Origin: Candidatus Velthaea sp.
GTDB lineage: Bacteria > Vulcanimicrobiota > Vulcanimicrobiia > Vulcanimicrobiales > Vulcanimicrobiaceae
DNA length: 64,000 bases
Reading direction: 5' to 3'
Assembly: GCA_965214935.1 (NCBI GenBank)
Contig: CBDCCS010000022.1
Span: forward strand, 192,001-256,000
Made by a program: the position numbers and the translations under genes. Of the stretch, positions 47,104 to 58,173 are shown piece by piece; position 1 is the first letter of the stretch, and each line of letters begins with the position of its first letter. Below the pieces are notes generated by a model. The model saw only the letters and a program-made list of their open reading frames with translations. It made no database searches and had not been told where the DNA came from.

Positions 47104-48744
47104 GTGTTGGTCGAACGCGAGCGGGAACTTCGCGCATGGGATCAGAGCCAACGGCCTCACGAGCGCAACGCACGTCTCATCACATCCATTGCTTGGATCG
47201 CAATCATACTCGGGATCGTATTGCGGCTCGTCCAATTACCGAACCGCGAGCTGTTCTTCGACGAAGCAGTCACTCAAATACGCGTTGCCGGCCATACGGC
47301 TAACGAAATGTGGCAGACGCTTTATGACGGGCGCCAGCGCACGGCTTTGGAATTGCACGGTTACGCGACGGTCGGTCCGACCGCAACGCCGGCGACACTG
47401 ATATCATCCTTAGTTCGCGAAGATGCGCAGCATCCGCCGTTATTTTATCTGTGTGAATTTGCCCTCGTGCGCACGTTCGGCAGCGGCTTGTTCGTGTGGC
47501 GCATACTGCCGGCCGTCTTTGGTTTGCTCGCGATCGGCGCCGCATTCAGCCTGGCGCGCGACTTATTCGGTAGCGCCCGCAGCGGTCTCGTCGCTGCAGC
47601 CGTCTTTGCCGTATCGCCGATCGAGCGGATCTATTCCGATCAAGCGCGCGAGTATTCGCTGTTAGCGTTACTGACGCTGGTAAGTACGATCGCTTTATTG
47701 CGCTCGGCTCGATCGATGAAGCCGCAATGGTGGTTGCTTTATTGTATCTGCTTACTCGCAGCTTTGTATACCAGCCCTTTTACCGGCTACGTTCTCTGCG
47801 CGCACGGGGCATTTATGGTAGCGACGCATTGGAATCAAGGCCGCCGCGCGCTGGGCGCCTTTGCATTGTCCGCCGGTGTTGCCATCGTCTCTTACAGCCC
47901 GTGGCTCTTCGAGATCGTCACGCATCGCAAAGAGATTGCCGAAACGAATGCGTGGTCAAGCGCAGCTTGGCCATTGACCCGCCTCGGCGCAAAGTGGTTG
48001 TTCAATGTCGGATCCGCATTCTTCGATCTCGAATATCTTGATTTACGCTGGACGGTTCTCGTTGCTGTCATCCTGGCCGTTGTCGGTTACACGATCTATC
48101 GGACATTCCGAACGCTAAGCCGAGAGGCACGCTGGTGCCTGGGAACCCTCATCGTCGTTCCGTTTCTTATGCTGGCGCTGCCGGACATCTTTCTTAAAGA
48201 GCATCGTTCATCGGTAACTCGGTATACACTGCCGATGCTCGCTGCACTCGTAATTTTAGCTGCCCGCGCCGTCGAGCGGCGTCCCATCGCGGCGAGCGTC
48301 GTGCTTGCCGGCGGTCTTCTATCATGCATTGTCGGTGCGCAACATGCGACGTGGTGGGATAACGACTCCGAAGCAGATGTCGCCGGGATAACAGCGGCAG
48401 TAAATGCCGTTTCGCACGCACAGATCGTAAGCGATATCAATCCGGGATCGGTCGTGACGTATTCGCGTCGTCTTAACGCCGACGTGCGCATCAGCCTTAT
48501 CCCGCGACAACTACGGCAGGCTCAGATTAACGGCAAAGAACCGGTGTTTCTATTATCGTCGCAGCCGGCCCATGTTGCGGCGTTCGCCCAACAAACCGCG
48601 CTGGATTTTTCGCCCGTTTCTTTACCGCGCGCTCGTACCGCGCATACGATCGGAGCGCGCATATCCGGCAACGGCAATCCAGCGTCCGATCTAATGGAAC
48701 TGTTTCAATCGAAGCGCGCCGCCGGAGTTGCGCGAGAACGCTGA
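47104..48744 (+). CDS. GT-C fold membrane glycosyltransferase (GT39/PMT/ArnT-like)
   Basis: LFFDE, EDAQHPPLFY and YSDQAREYSL; multi-TM. Start uncertain (the frame is open from 46921). Confidence 0.82.
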   Translation: MLVERERELRAWDQSQRPHERNARLITSIAWIAIILGIVLRLVQLPNRELFFDEAVTQIRVAGHTANEMWQTLYDGRQRTALELHGYATVGPTATPATLISSLVREDAQHPPLFYLCEFALVRTFGSGLFVWRILPAVFGLLAIGAAFSLARDLFGSARSGLVAAAVFAVSPIERIYSDQAREYSLLALLTLVSTIALLRSARSMKPQWWLLYCICLLAALYTSPFTGYVLCAHGAFMVATHWNQGRRALGAFALSAGVAIVSYSPWLFEIVTHRKEIAETNAWSSAAWPLTRLGAKWLFNVGSAFFDLEYLDLRWTVLVAVILAVVGYTIYRTFRTLSREARWCLGTLIVVPFLMLALPDIFLKEHRSSVTRYTLPMLAALVILAARAVERRPIAASVVLAGGLLSCIVGAQHATWWDNDSEADVAGITAAVNAVSHAQIVSDINPGSVVTYSRRLNADVRISLIPRQLRQAQINGKEPVFLLSSQPAHVAAFAQQTALDFSPVSLPRARTAHTIGARISGNGNPASDLMELFQSKRAAGVARER

Positions 48745-48795
48745 GGCTCGACGCCTTAACCTATAGCATAAGCCGCTGCGGCCGCTGCAGAAACG

Positions 48796-49764
48796 CTAGC
48801 CGATACGCTCGGCGCAAAGCGTCCGGAACACGTTGGTCGCAAGCGACGCCGTACGCTCGAGATGATGGCGACCCGTCCCCATGTGCGCGGCGTTTACAAT
48901 CGTTAAACCCGGTATCGAGCTTGAAAACGAACCGACTTGACGAACGGCAAAAGCGTGCGGCACACGCATAACGCGAGCACTGACGATGTGAGCATTTCCC
49001 GGTAGAGCTCGAGCAAAGCTCTCAACGATCTCACGATCGGAAGCGCCGAGCAGCTGCTTCGAGCCGACCGGCCGGCTGACATAGGCAACGGTTCTTCGCT
49101 CGCTGCGTTCGTCGAGCGCCGCGGGATTGATGAGTGTGAATTGATCGCCGCCACGCAAGACGCGCGAAATGTATTGTTGCCGGATCGGGCGCTCTAAGAC
49201 AAACGAAACATTAACGATCCCGACGTACGCTGCACCATCGAGCGCCGAACGCTCGAGACTCGGCAGCGCCGGAACTAATTTCGACGCGATCGGTGACGGC
49301 ACGGTAACGATAACCTGATCGAATTCACCAATATCGGCACCGGTGTCGACCGAGAATCCTGAGCCGTCGGTATGAATGGCACGCACGGGCGTTCCGAGCC
49401 GTACGTCGACGTCGATCATCCGCGCCCGATCGCGCAGCGCCTCCACGATGCGGGCCTGGCCGCCGGCCAGCGCGCCGAAACGCAAGCCGAATGCGCGCGC
49501 GTTTCCCCAGCGTACGGTTTGCGCCAAATCGAGTTCATCGAGGACGTTGACGAGTTGCCGATCTGCCGAAGCTATTGATGCATGACCGCGACGCTCGGCG
49601 CGTTCACTCGCCTCGAACAATGTGACGATGCGGCCGGCTTGACCGTAACGTAACGCCAAGATTGTTCCGAGCATCCCGCCGCCGACGATTGCAATCCGCG
49701 AACCGTAACGCGTTTCAAAAGATCTGGACTCTGAGTAGGCGTCGATCAAGGAGGCTGTTCCCAT
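48796..49764 (-). CDS. Short, degenerate FAD-dependent oxidoreductase (amine oxidase/PPO-like fold)
   Basis: RIAIVGGGMLG...VTLFEA, GGQARIVEAL and FDQVIVTVP; much shorter than typical members. Confidence 0.65.
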   Translation of the reverse strand: MGTASLIDAYSESRSFETRYGSRIAIVGGGMLGTILALRYGQAGRIVTLFEASERAERRGHASIASADRQLVNVLDELDLAQTVRWGNARAFGLRFGALAGGQARIVEALRDRARMIDVDVRLGTPVRAIHTDGSGFSVDTGADIGEFDQVIVTVPSPIASKLVPALPSLERSALDGAAYVGIVNVSFVLERPIRQQYISRVLRGGDQFTLINPAALDERSERRTVAYVSRPVGSKQLLGASDREIVESFARALPGNAHIVSARVMRVPHAFAVRQVGSFSSSIPGLTIVNAAHMGTGRHHLERTASLATNVFRTLCAERIG

Positions 49765-49894
49765 GGTACTAAGTGTGCGCAATCCTCGTAACAAAACACT
49801 ATCCGCTCGGGCGGCCGAGGTAGGACTTCCGGCCCCAGCCGGAGCCGGTCATTGGTAAGGACTAGTTTGCTGCCTGACGGAAATATCGACAAGG

Positions 49895-51238
49895 ATGGCT
49901 AATACTGCTACGTCGTTTGCGGCGACCCGCTCTCACAGCCGGTTGTGGTCGCTGACTTTATTTATAACGGATCTCGTCTTCGTTACGTTCGCCGCGATCC
50001 TCGCGGATCGCTTGCACACGCTTCCGGTTGCCGTGTTGATTGCTGCTGCGCTTACGACGTTGGCATTACTAGCTGTATCGGGAACCTACCGGCGAACCTA
50101 TAGCGGCTCGATGCGCGATGAATGGTATGCCGTGGGCGCTGCACTCGCCCTCATTGCCATACCCTTAGCGCTACTGAGCTTCGTCGTTCCGATTCTTTGG
50201 TACACGCGAACCGAAGTAGCAACGTTTGCCATCATCGCTTTCGTGGGGCTCGCGACGACGCGGACGATTGCGCATCGCAATCGCATGCCGCGCCGGGTGG
50301 CGCTCGTCGGCATGCCGCAACGCATCGATCTTGCGCTCATGCACCTGCGGCCGCAACGCGACGATGCCGTTATGCGCTTACCGATCGGCAACGTCGAGTC
50401 GACGTTTGATGAAAAACAATCGATGCCGCCGTGGCTGCAGGGTGCACTCGCGTGGGGCGCATCGCGCATCATCATCACCGAAGCTTTACCGCCCGAACGG
50501 CTGCTCAACGTAATGGAAGCCGCCGCTCGACATGGCGCCACGATCGCAATCGCACCGACGCGCTTGCGACCGCATGCATATAAAATGCATCTCGAACGCG
50601 AAGGTAGCATGTCAGTCCTCTGTCCGCGGCCGCTACCGATCTGCACGCCCGCCGCGCGTTTCTATAAACGAGCCTTCGATCTCGTCGTGAGCGTCCCGAC
50701 GTTAATTTTATTGTCGCCGGTGCTGCTCATCTGTGCGATTGCCGTTCGCATCGAAACGCCCGGTGCAAGTATTTTTCGTCAAAGCCGTGTCGGACGGAAC
50801 AATATACCATTCGATATCTTGAAGTTTCGATCGATGCCGATCGATGCGGAACAAAAGACCGGGCCGATTTGGGCGAACGCCGCGATATCGAAGCCGACTC
50901 GCGTCGGTCGCTTTCTGCGGCGTACGAGCCTCGACGAATTACCTCAGCTCATCAACGTTCTACGCGGCGAAATGTCACTGGTCGGTCCGCGGCCCGAGCG
51001 GCAGTTCTTTGCCGAGCGTTTCGCCCACTCGCTCGCGCGCTGGGAAGACCGCCTACTCGTGGCACCCGGCATCACCGGCTGGTCGCAGATCGGCATGTCA
51101 CGCATGCTTACCACGGATAAGATCGCGCTGCGGCTCGAGGGCGATCTGTATTACCTCGAGGAGTGGTCTCCGTTGCTCGACGCGCAGATTCTCGTTAAGA
51201 CTGCCTTCGAGTTTCTGTTCCACTGGGTACCGCAATAA
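49895..51238 (+). CDS. Priming (undecaprenyl-phosphate) sugar transferase, WcaJ/CpsE type
   Basis: N-terminal TMs; KRAFD, KFRSM, FLRRTSLDELPQL.NVLRGEMSLVGPRPE and PGITGWSQ. Confidence 0.92.
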   Translation: MANTATSFAATRSHSRLWSLTLFITDLVFVTFAAILADRLHTLPVAVLIAAALTTLALLAVSGTYRRTYSGSMRDEWYAVGAALALIAIPLALLSFVVPILWYTRTEVATFAIIAFVGLATTRTIAHRNRMPRRVALVGMPQRIDLALMHLRPQRDDAVMRLPIGNVESTFDEKQSMPPWLQGALAWGASRIIITEALPPERLLNVMEAAARHGATIAIAPTRLRPHAYKMHLEREGSMSVLCPRPLPICTPAARFYKRAFDLVVSVPTLILLSPVLLICAIAVRIETPGASIFRQSRVGRNNIPFDILKFRSMPIDAEQKTGPIWANAAISKPTRVGRFLRRTSLDELPQLINVLRGEMSLVGPRPERQFFAERFAHSLARWEDRLLVAPGITGWSQIGMSRMLTTDKIALRLEGDLYYLEEWSPLLDAQILVKTAFEFLFHWVPQ

Positions 51239-51391
51239 GCGTCGATCGCCGACGCCTTCAGCGCGCGTGCGCCGGCGATCGTCGTAAACGGCGGAAGATT
51301 TGCAGTCGATGACCGATACGTAATGTATGCGAAACCTTGAGGACTCTTCGCTCGTGATTTCCGGCGTTCGCAGTTATGGATCTTCTCCGAT

Positions 51392-52698
51392 ATGAACCGG
51401 CTTGCCGCGAATATCATCCGCACGTTTTCAACGCAGGTCGGCTGTCAAGTCATTACCATTCTTTCCGGAATCGTCATCGCACGCGCAATCGGCCCGGACG
51501 GAAAAGGTTTCTCGGGTTACGCAGCAACGGCGGTAAACTTCGTCGCCGTTTTCTTTTACGGTTTTGCCGATGCGGTCTTCTTCCAATTCGGCAAGCAGAA
51601 ACATAGCGCTCGGGCGGTTCATCGCGTTGCACTCCGCATCATGATCGGCGCTCTATGCATCGTTATACCGGCGTTCTGTATCATCGCCGCCGTCGCGCCG
51701 TCACAACGTCCGTTAGCCGCGGCGGCGATTGCGCTGCCGTTTGCGCTTTACATGCAGATACTCACGCCGTTCTTATTGGTCCGCGAAAAGATCCTCTTAA
51801 CAAATATCCGCGCATTGACGCAAAGCCTGGGAACGGCGCTCGTAACGTTGCCCTTGCTCATTTTTACGCACCTCGGCTTAAGCGCCGTTCTCGGCGTATG
51901 GGTTCTTTTTTATGCGGTATCCGCATTGCAATCGGCGTGGGGCGTTCGCACGATGTTACGTGAACCGGCTACGTCGCAGGACGACGCAAAGGTGCTTCTC
52001 GAGGGACAGCTCGGCTTCGGCTTACGCGCCGCCGGTGGTTCAGCTGCCGGCTTCCTGAATCTGCGCATTGCCGTTATCGTCGTGAGCGTCATGTTCTCGG
52101 CAACCGCGCTCGGCTGGTACATGTTGGCAATCGCCAGCGGTGAGATGCTTTGGCAAGTGAGTCGCGCTTTCGTTTGGCCGGCGCTCGGACGGATCGGTGC
52201 GGACTCGCTGCACGACTCGGCAGCGCTGGTGGCTCGGCTGACGCGCAATATACTGGCGATCGTTGCCGTGCTCGGCCTTGTAGCCTTCATCGTCGGGCCG
52301 TGGCTGATCGTCCACGTCTACGGCGAAGCATTCGCGCCGGCCGGAAACGCTTTGCGCTGGGCACTGCCGGGCCTCGTCGCGTATTCCGCCGAAATAGCGC
52401 TGACCCAATTCGTGATGCTGCAACTCGTCCGGCCGGTTGCTGTGATTTGGATTCAATCCAGCGCTGCGGCGCTGTGCGCGCTTTGACGTTCGTCACGGCG
52501 CGGCACTTTGGAATTGCCGCCGCTGCCGCCTCGACGTCCGTGACGTTCCTCATGGTGACGGCAGTCTTATCGACGATGTTCGTGCGCGGCAGCGGCATCT
52601 CGCCGGCGCGACTGCTTCTCATCCAAGCTGAGGACGTGGCGCACTACACCGGTGCGCTCAATGCAACGCTGCGTCTGCTGCGCTTACGCTCGGCGTGA
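51392..52698 (+). pseudogene. Wzx-like polysaccharide flippase with a single-base frameshift near 52480
   Basis: The frame stops at 52486, but homology to the neighbouring paralog continues in the -1 frame to 52698. Confidence 0.75.
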
Positions 52699-52750
52699 CG
52701 TTGCCGAGTGTTGCCGCACGCGCTTGCCGCCGGCGAGCGGTCCGAAAGCA

Positions 52751-54043
52751 ATGAAGAAGGTTAGCCTGCTGCGGCAGACCCTTCATACTTTGGGGTCCAT
52801 GGCGGGGAATCAAGGGCTGCAAATTGCCGCGGGCGTTGCCATCTCACGCATTTATGGACCGCCCGGCAAGGGCATGGTCACCTATGCCGGGATTGCGATT
52901 CTCGGCGTCATTGCCATTGCCGATGGTTTGAGTTCCGCCATCGCGCGGCAGTGCGGGGACGATGCTACCCGGATTCCTACGGCTCGCGCAGCCGCTCTAC
53001 GGCTCGTCTTGCTCGTATCGGCTTGCACGGCGTTGCCCTTGCTGCTTTTGGGCGCCGGCGTCCCGGCTCAACATGCCTTGCTCTATGTCGGGCTGGCGTT
53101 ACCGTTTGCGCTGTACGTTCAGACGATGAGCGGATTTCATCTCATCGCGCAACGAGTCGAGCGAACGAATATCGCGTCGCTGGTTATCAACGCCGGCGCC
53201 GCTCTCGCAATGCTCGTCGTTGCGATCGCCGTGCGGCCGCCTATCGATGTGATCATGAGTATCTGGGCAGCCGGATATGTCGCCGGGGCAGCGATCCTCT
53301 TACCCGGTTCGCATGCTATCGGCGTCGCATCGCACGAGATTCGAACGTTTCTCGCAACGCAAACGCGCTTCGCCGTTCGGGCTTCATCCGCCGCGCTTAT
53401 GACCTTTCTTGCCTCGCGTGCAGATGTGTTTATCGTCGCTGCCACACTTTCGGCGACGGCACTCGGAAACTATACGCTGGCTCTTGCCTGTGGCGAACTG
53501 ATGTGGCAGATCGGCCGCGCATTATCATGGTCGGCGTACGGCCGGGTTGCAACGTTGAACTTTGCCGACGCGGCACTTCTTACAGCACGCATAACCCGCA
53601 TCGTCTTAGCCGTTGAAGTGACCGCCGCCGCCGTGGCTTTCATCGTCGGTCCGGCGCTCTTCACGTTAGTTTACGGCGTTGCATTTTCGGCCGCCGGTCC
53701 GGTCTTACGAATACTCGTTCCCGGGATGGCGCTGTACGCAGCCGACTCGATCCTATCGTATTTCTTGTCGGTTAAAGTCGGCCGTCCGGGCTTGATCCTC
53801 CGGATCGAGACCGTCACGCTGGTCGTCTGTACCGCCGGATCGGTCGCGACGGTCGCGCGTTTTGGCATCGTCGGCCCGGCCGTCGCAACGACGGTTGCCT
53901 ATCTTCTTTCTTTCAGCGTCAAGGCGGCGCTATTTTCGCGTTTCACCGGTCTTGGGCCGGCTGCGCTTATCTTGTTCCGATTTGCCGATCTTCAAAAAGG
54001 CGGCGTTGTCGGCGGCGAGCCCGTCGTTAGCGCGATCGCCTAA
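52751..54043 (+). CDS. Wzx-like polysaccharide flippase (MOP superfamily)
   Basis: ISRIYGPPGKG, RADVFIV, LGNYTLA and LVYGVAFSAAG; multi-TM; paralog of the preceding gene. Confidence 0.82.
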   Translation: MKKVSLLRQTLHTLGSMAGNQGLQIAAGVAISRIYGPPGKGMVTYAGIAILGVIAIADGLSSAIARQCGDDATRIPTARAAALRLVLLVSACTALPLLLLGAGVPAQHALLYVGLALPFALYVQTMSGFHLIAQRVERTNIASLVINAGAALAMLVVAIAVRPPIDVIMSIWAAGYVAGAAILLPGSHAIGVASHEIRTFLATQTRFAVRASSAALMTFLASRADVFIVAATLSATALGNYTLALACGELMWQIGRALSWSAYGRVATLNFADAALLTARITRIVLAVEVTAAAVAFIVGPALFTLVYGVAFSAAGPVLRILVPGMALYAADSILSYFLSVKVGRPGLILRIETVTLVVCTAGSVATVARFGIVGPAVATTVAYLLSFSVKAALFSRFTGLGPAALILFRFADLQKGGVVGGEPVVSAIA

Positions 54044-54158
54044 CCACTCGACCTTTTTGCGACGTCGGCACCGGCAGACAGCGCGTTGTTAGGAAGGTCA
54101 ATTCAAGCGGGGACTTTTCACCCGGGGGACGGCCATTCACTCGGGAAAAAGTACGAAC

Positions 54159-54980
54159 ATGGCGAAATCGCAATCTTTGGCGATCATCATCGCTTCCAAA
54201 AACAGAGCAAACGATGTCAGCCGCGCACTCAAAAGCATCGCCTTGCAGAGTGTGCCGCCTGATGATGTTCTGGTTATCGATCAATCGGCGGTAGCGTACG
54301 ATCTCGGCGGTTTTGCCGTTCGGCATATCCATGACCCGTCGATACCGGGCTTGACTGCGGCGCGCAATCGCGGTATCGACCTCGTTGACGCACCGCGCGT
54401 GCTCTTTATCGATGACGACGTCGAGCTTCCGCCCGGCATGATTGCAGCGCTGCACCGGGCGTTCGATTCGCATCCCAATGCCGTCGGCTTCCAATGCGAC
54501 GACCTCGAAGAACACAATTACGGCCGTCTGAACGATCTGCTCGACGGATTATTTTCGCATGGTTTTTTTACGCCGCGGCGCCGTAAGCGACACGGCACGC
54601 ACACCGAAGTAACCTCGCTGGGCGGCTTTGCCATGGCCTACCGGGCGCATGTTTTTGCTCACGAACGATTCGATGAACGCCTCAACGGTTATTCGTTCGG
54701 CGAAGATTGGGATTTCTCCAAACGTGCCGCACGCTACGGGCGGCTCGTCGTTGCGCCGGGAGCCGAGTTGCATCACTACCATTCGCCGGCCAACCGTTCG
54801 GGTTCACGCGATATGTGCCGCATGCGCTGGACGAATTACCACTACTTCTTTAATAAGTGGTACGCCTCGCCCCCGCCGCTCGAACGTTTGCACAAAGAGT
54901 GGTGGAAGGTCGGCGAAGCGTATCGCTGGTTGCGCGCGGGTCTCGGTTTACCGTCGCATCGCAAAGCAATTAAACGCTGA
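54159..54980 (+). CDS. GT2 glycosyltransferase
   Basis: IIIASKNR, VIDQS, AARNRG, FIDDD and FDE...GEDWDF. Confidence 0.9.
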   Translation: MAKSQSLAIIIASKNRANDVSRALKSIALQSVPPDDVLVIDQSAVAYDLGGFAVRHIHDPSIPGLTAARNRGIDLVDAPRVLFIDDDVELPPGMIAALHRAFDSHPNAVGFQCDDLEEHNYGRLNDLLDGLFSHGFFTPRRRKRHGTHTEVTSLGGFAMAYRAHVFAHERFDERLNGYSFGEDWDFSKRAARYGRLVVAPGAELHHYHSPANRSGSRDMCRMRWTNYHYFFNKWYASPPPLERLHKEWWKVGEAYRWLRAGLGLPSHRKAIKR

Positions 54981-55037
54981 TGAACGGCATTGCGGAACAG
55001 TCGCAGTTGTGCCGATGATGCTGCTGGAGGCGCAAGC

Positions 55038-56261
55038 TTGAAACTGTTATATTTAACGGCGATTTTGCCATTCGGACCACAGGAGACGTTCCTGCGGCCC
55101 GAACTCCGCACGCTCGGTAAATCCGATGAGGTCATCGTCACTTCGACGCGGCCGCAGCAGAGAAATGTGGAATACGCCGACGTCGGCGCGAAAGCTCATT
55201 ACCTCGACAATCGTGACGGCAACACGCTGGCACTCGCCTGGGCTGAAGTCCGGCGCTCACCGTCGGCCGTGCTCTCGGCACTCGGGGCGATCGCCCTGCC
55301 TTGGTATCGTCCGATGGCGAAAATCAAAAATCTCGCGCTTTTTCCGAAAGCTCTCGCCGTTACGCAATTGGTTCGTCGCGAAGGCGTCGAGCACATACAC
55401 GCACAGTGGATTACGACGCCGGCGACGATTGCGTTCATCGCCTCGCGCTTGACCGGCGTTCCCTGGAGCATCACCGCTCACCAGCACGACATTTTTAGCG
55501 ATAACATGTTGACCGCCAAGGTGCGCGAAGCCCGGTTCACCCGAATCATCTCAGCGCGCAATCGGCGTTTTCTACAAGAGTATATCGCGCCCGACGTTCG
55601 CGCGAAATGCGTCGTTGTGTATCTTGGCGTCGACATACCACAAAGCGTCGTTGAACCGCCGATGCGCGCCGTTCCGAGACTCATCTGCGCCGCGCGGCTC
55701 GGCATCTGGAAGGGTCACACGGTGCTTATCGACGCGCTCGTCGAATTACGACGGCGCGGACTGGACTTCGCGTGCGATTTTGCCGGCGAAGGCGAGTTGC
55801 GCAGCATCGTGGTTGCTGCGCTCGCAAAGTCGGGTCTCGGAGAGCGGGTGAGACTTCTCGGTCGCGTCGATCATGAGATCCTCACTGCATCTCTGGCCGC
55901 CGGTAATTACGACTGCTTTGTTCTCGCAAGCACCGAAGCGCCGGGCGAACACGAGGGCGTTCCGATTGCGATCATGGAGGCGATGGCGGCCGGGTTGCCG
56001 GTCGTTTCGACGGTCACGGGCAGCATCGACGAACTTGTTATCCCGGGCACCGGAACGCTCGTTCCCCAGCGCGATCCACTTGCGCTTGCCGACGCACTCG
56101 AGCCGCTGCTGCGAAGCCAGGCGCTGTGCCGCGAAGTTGGAGCACGAGCACGCGAACACGTACGCGAACGGTTCTCAACTCAAGCAACGACGGCTTTACT
56201 GCGCGCGTATATTGACGGCACAGCCGACGTTACGGCAAAGCCTGTGCCGACAACGGCATAA
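55038..56261 (+). CDS. GT4 glycosyltransferase (WcaL-like)
   Basis: ETFL, HIHAQW, SITAH..DIF, KGH and EGVPIAIMEAMAAG; GGAGG RBS before the TTG at 55038. Confidence 0.88.
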   Translation: MKLLYLTAILPFGPQETFLRPELRTLGKSDEVIVTSTRPQQRNVEYADVGAKAHYLDNRDGNTLALAWAEVRRSPSAVLSALGAIALPWYRPMAKIKNLALFPKALAVTQLVRREGVEHIHAQWITTPATIAFIASRLTGVPWSITAHQHDIFSDNMLTAKVREARFTRIISARNRRFLQEYIAPDVRAKCVVVYLGVDIPQSVVEPPMRAVPRLICAARLGIWKGHTVLIDALVELRRRGLDFACDFAGEGELRSIVVAALAKSGLGERVRLLGRVDHEILTASLAAGNYDCFVLASTEAPGEHEGVPIAIMEAMAAGLPVVSTVTGSIDELVIPGTGTLVPQRDPLALADALEPLLRSQALCREVGARAREHVRERFSTQATTALLRAYIDGTADVTAKPVPTTA

Positions 56262-56278
56262 ACGATCCCCGCAGGTTA

Positions 56279-57484
56279 TTATCCGGCATTTAGTAGACGC
56301 GAGCGCGCTTGGTAAGCAATTGCCGACTCATAGAGCGTGACGAGTTGCGCGGCACGCTGGCTCCACGAGTACTCAGACTCAACGAATCGCCGGGCGGCAA
56401 GTGCCCGGCGGCCGCGAAGATTCGCGTCGTTCAGCAATCGAGATACGGCATTTGCGAAGACTTGCGATTCGGTGTCGACGATCTCGGCCTCGAGATCGCT
56501 TGCACCGATACTGCGATTCGCAAAGCTGCTCGTGACGACGGGAACGCCCGCGGCCATTGCTTCGAGAACTTTGTTCTGCATGCCGGACCCGCAACGTATC
56601 GGACATATGGCGACGGTAGCGCGATGCAGATAGGGTAACATGCTGTCGACTTTGCCGGTCACTTCAACGCCGGGCATCCGCCCAAGCGCAACGACCGCGG
56701 GCGCCGGTCGCGCACCAGCGATCACCAAACGTAATGCCGGGTGCCGTTCGCGCAATTTCGCCCAACATGCACCGGTAAACCAGACGACAGCGTCAATATT
56801 GGGCTGATAGCCCATGTTGCCGGTGAAAAGCAATGTTGCCGCTTCACGCCCGACGTCCGAAAACGGCACTGCTTGGGTGTCGACTCCGTTCGGTATGATT
56901 GCAAGCCGCGGCTCCTGAATTGCATCGCGGTCGAGGTCGGCGATGACGAATCCGCCTGCCGTGCGAGCCGCAACGGAGCGCTCGTAGGACGCGACGCGAG
57001 CATATTCCAAATCGTAGAATCGCCGCATGACCGGGCCGACAACTTCGCGCCGCGTTTGAATGTTGGCGGCAAATGAGTCCATGAAATCAACGACGATCGG
57101 CACGTTAGAACCAGCGAACACCGAGGGAGCAACGCGAATCGTCATTGCATGAACGACGTCGAAGCGACCGCGGCTGGTAACGCGCCGGACCGCAGCGCGT
57201 AACTGCGGAGAGTCGAAGTACAGCACTTGAAGCGGCAATCGCGAAGCGAACCCAAGGGTCGCGAGCGAAGCATACGAGCGCAGGCGGCTCGTATGCACGA
57301 CCTCGATTGCGGCGCAATACTTACGCATCTCTAACAACGCCGCATCCGATACCGGTGCTTCCACGGCGGCAATGAGATGAATGCGATGATCGCGGCTCAA
57401 TTCGCGAATCTGGTGGTACGCTCGCAGCGTATCACCTTTAATGATGGGAAACGGAAAGCGCGGTGCGACGAAGCAAATGTCCAT
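56279..57484 (-). CDS. GT4 glycosyltransferase
   Basis: RFPFP..KGD.LR, IPNGVD, FTGNMGYQPN and GSGMQNKVLEAMAAG. Confidence 0.88.
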   Translation of the reverse strand: MDICFVAPRFPFPIIKGDTLRAYHQIRELSRDHRIHLIAAVEAPVSDAALLEMRKYCAAIEVVHTSRLRSYASLATLGFASRLPLQVLYFDSPQLRAAVRRVTSRGRFDVVHAMTIRVAPSVFAGSNVPIVVDFMDSFAANIQTRREVVGPVMRRFYDLEYARVASYERSVAARTAGGFVIADLDRDAIQEPRLAIIPNGVDTQAVPFSDVGREAATLLFTGNMGYQPNIDAVVWFTGACWAKLRERHPALRLVIAGARPAPAVVALGRMPGVEVTGKVDSMLPYLHRATVAICPIRCGSGMQNKVLEAMAAGVPVVTSSFANRSIGASDLEAEIVDTESQVFANAVSRLLNDANLRGRRALAARRFVESEYSWSQRAAQLVTLYESAIAYQARSRLLNAG

Positions 57485-58173
57485 ATTCCTACCCTCGCGC
57501 CGCCGGAGCACCGAAAAGGTCCGCGGCACCGGCGTCTTGAGCGGAACGGACCCTTTCTGGTTTCGGCTGCAAAAAACTTTGTAAGGAACGGCGTCATCGG
57601 TCACGCTTAACACGAGGTTGATGCGGGGCAGCATCTAAGCGGCGCCGTACGGCTCGACCTTGATCCGATCTGCGCCGGCGGCAAGGCCTCGAGCAAGCCG
57701 TTAACGGTGCATGCCGCGTTAAGCGCTTCAGAGCTACTAATAGCGCTGGCCTCAAATTTGCTTCGACGCAGATTGCAATTAACGACGTAATATCGTGCGC
57801 CGTGTGATCCAAATAACAAATCTGACCGGCGTTTCGAGCTTCGTCGCAATACCGTTCCGAGCATAGGGACTTCGCATTGCCGCATGTATGCACCGCGCTA
57901 ACGGTTTTACTCTCGTGCGAAGCATTGCCAGATGCCTGCAATCGTCTGCATCGTGCAATAACACGGTATGGATCACTTTACTTAGCTCACTAGTTTAACG
58001 TAGGCTAACAACCACGGCCGACATTACGCATTTCATCCGTCGCTCAAGGTATTGAAGCGGATTGAAATCGCATTGCGACGGCGACGACGTTACAAGTCAA
58101 TTCGCGCGCATCGGCTCGATTTGTGCTGCGTTGTTTTCGCGCATCATGCTTTGCACTCGAAGGGTTGATAACA

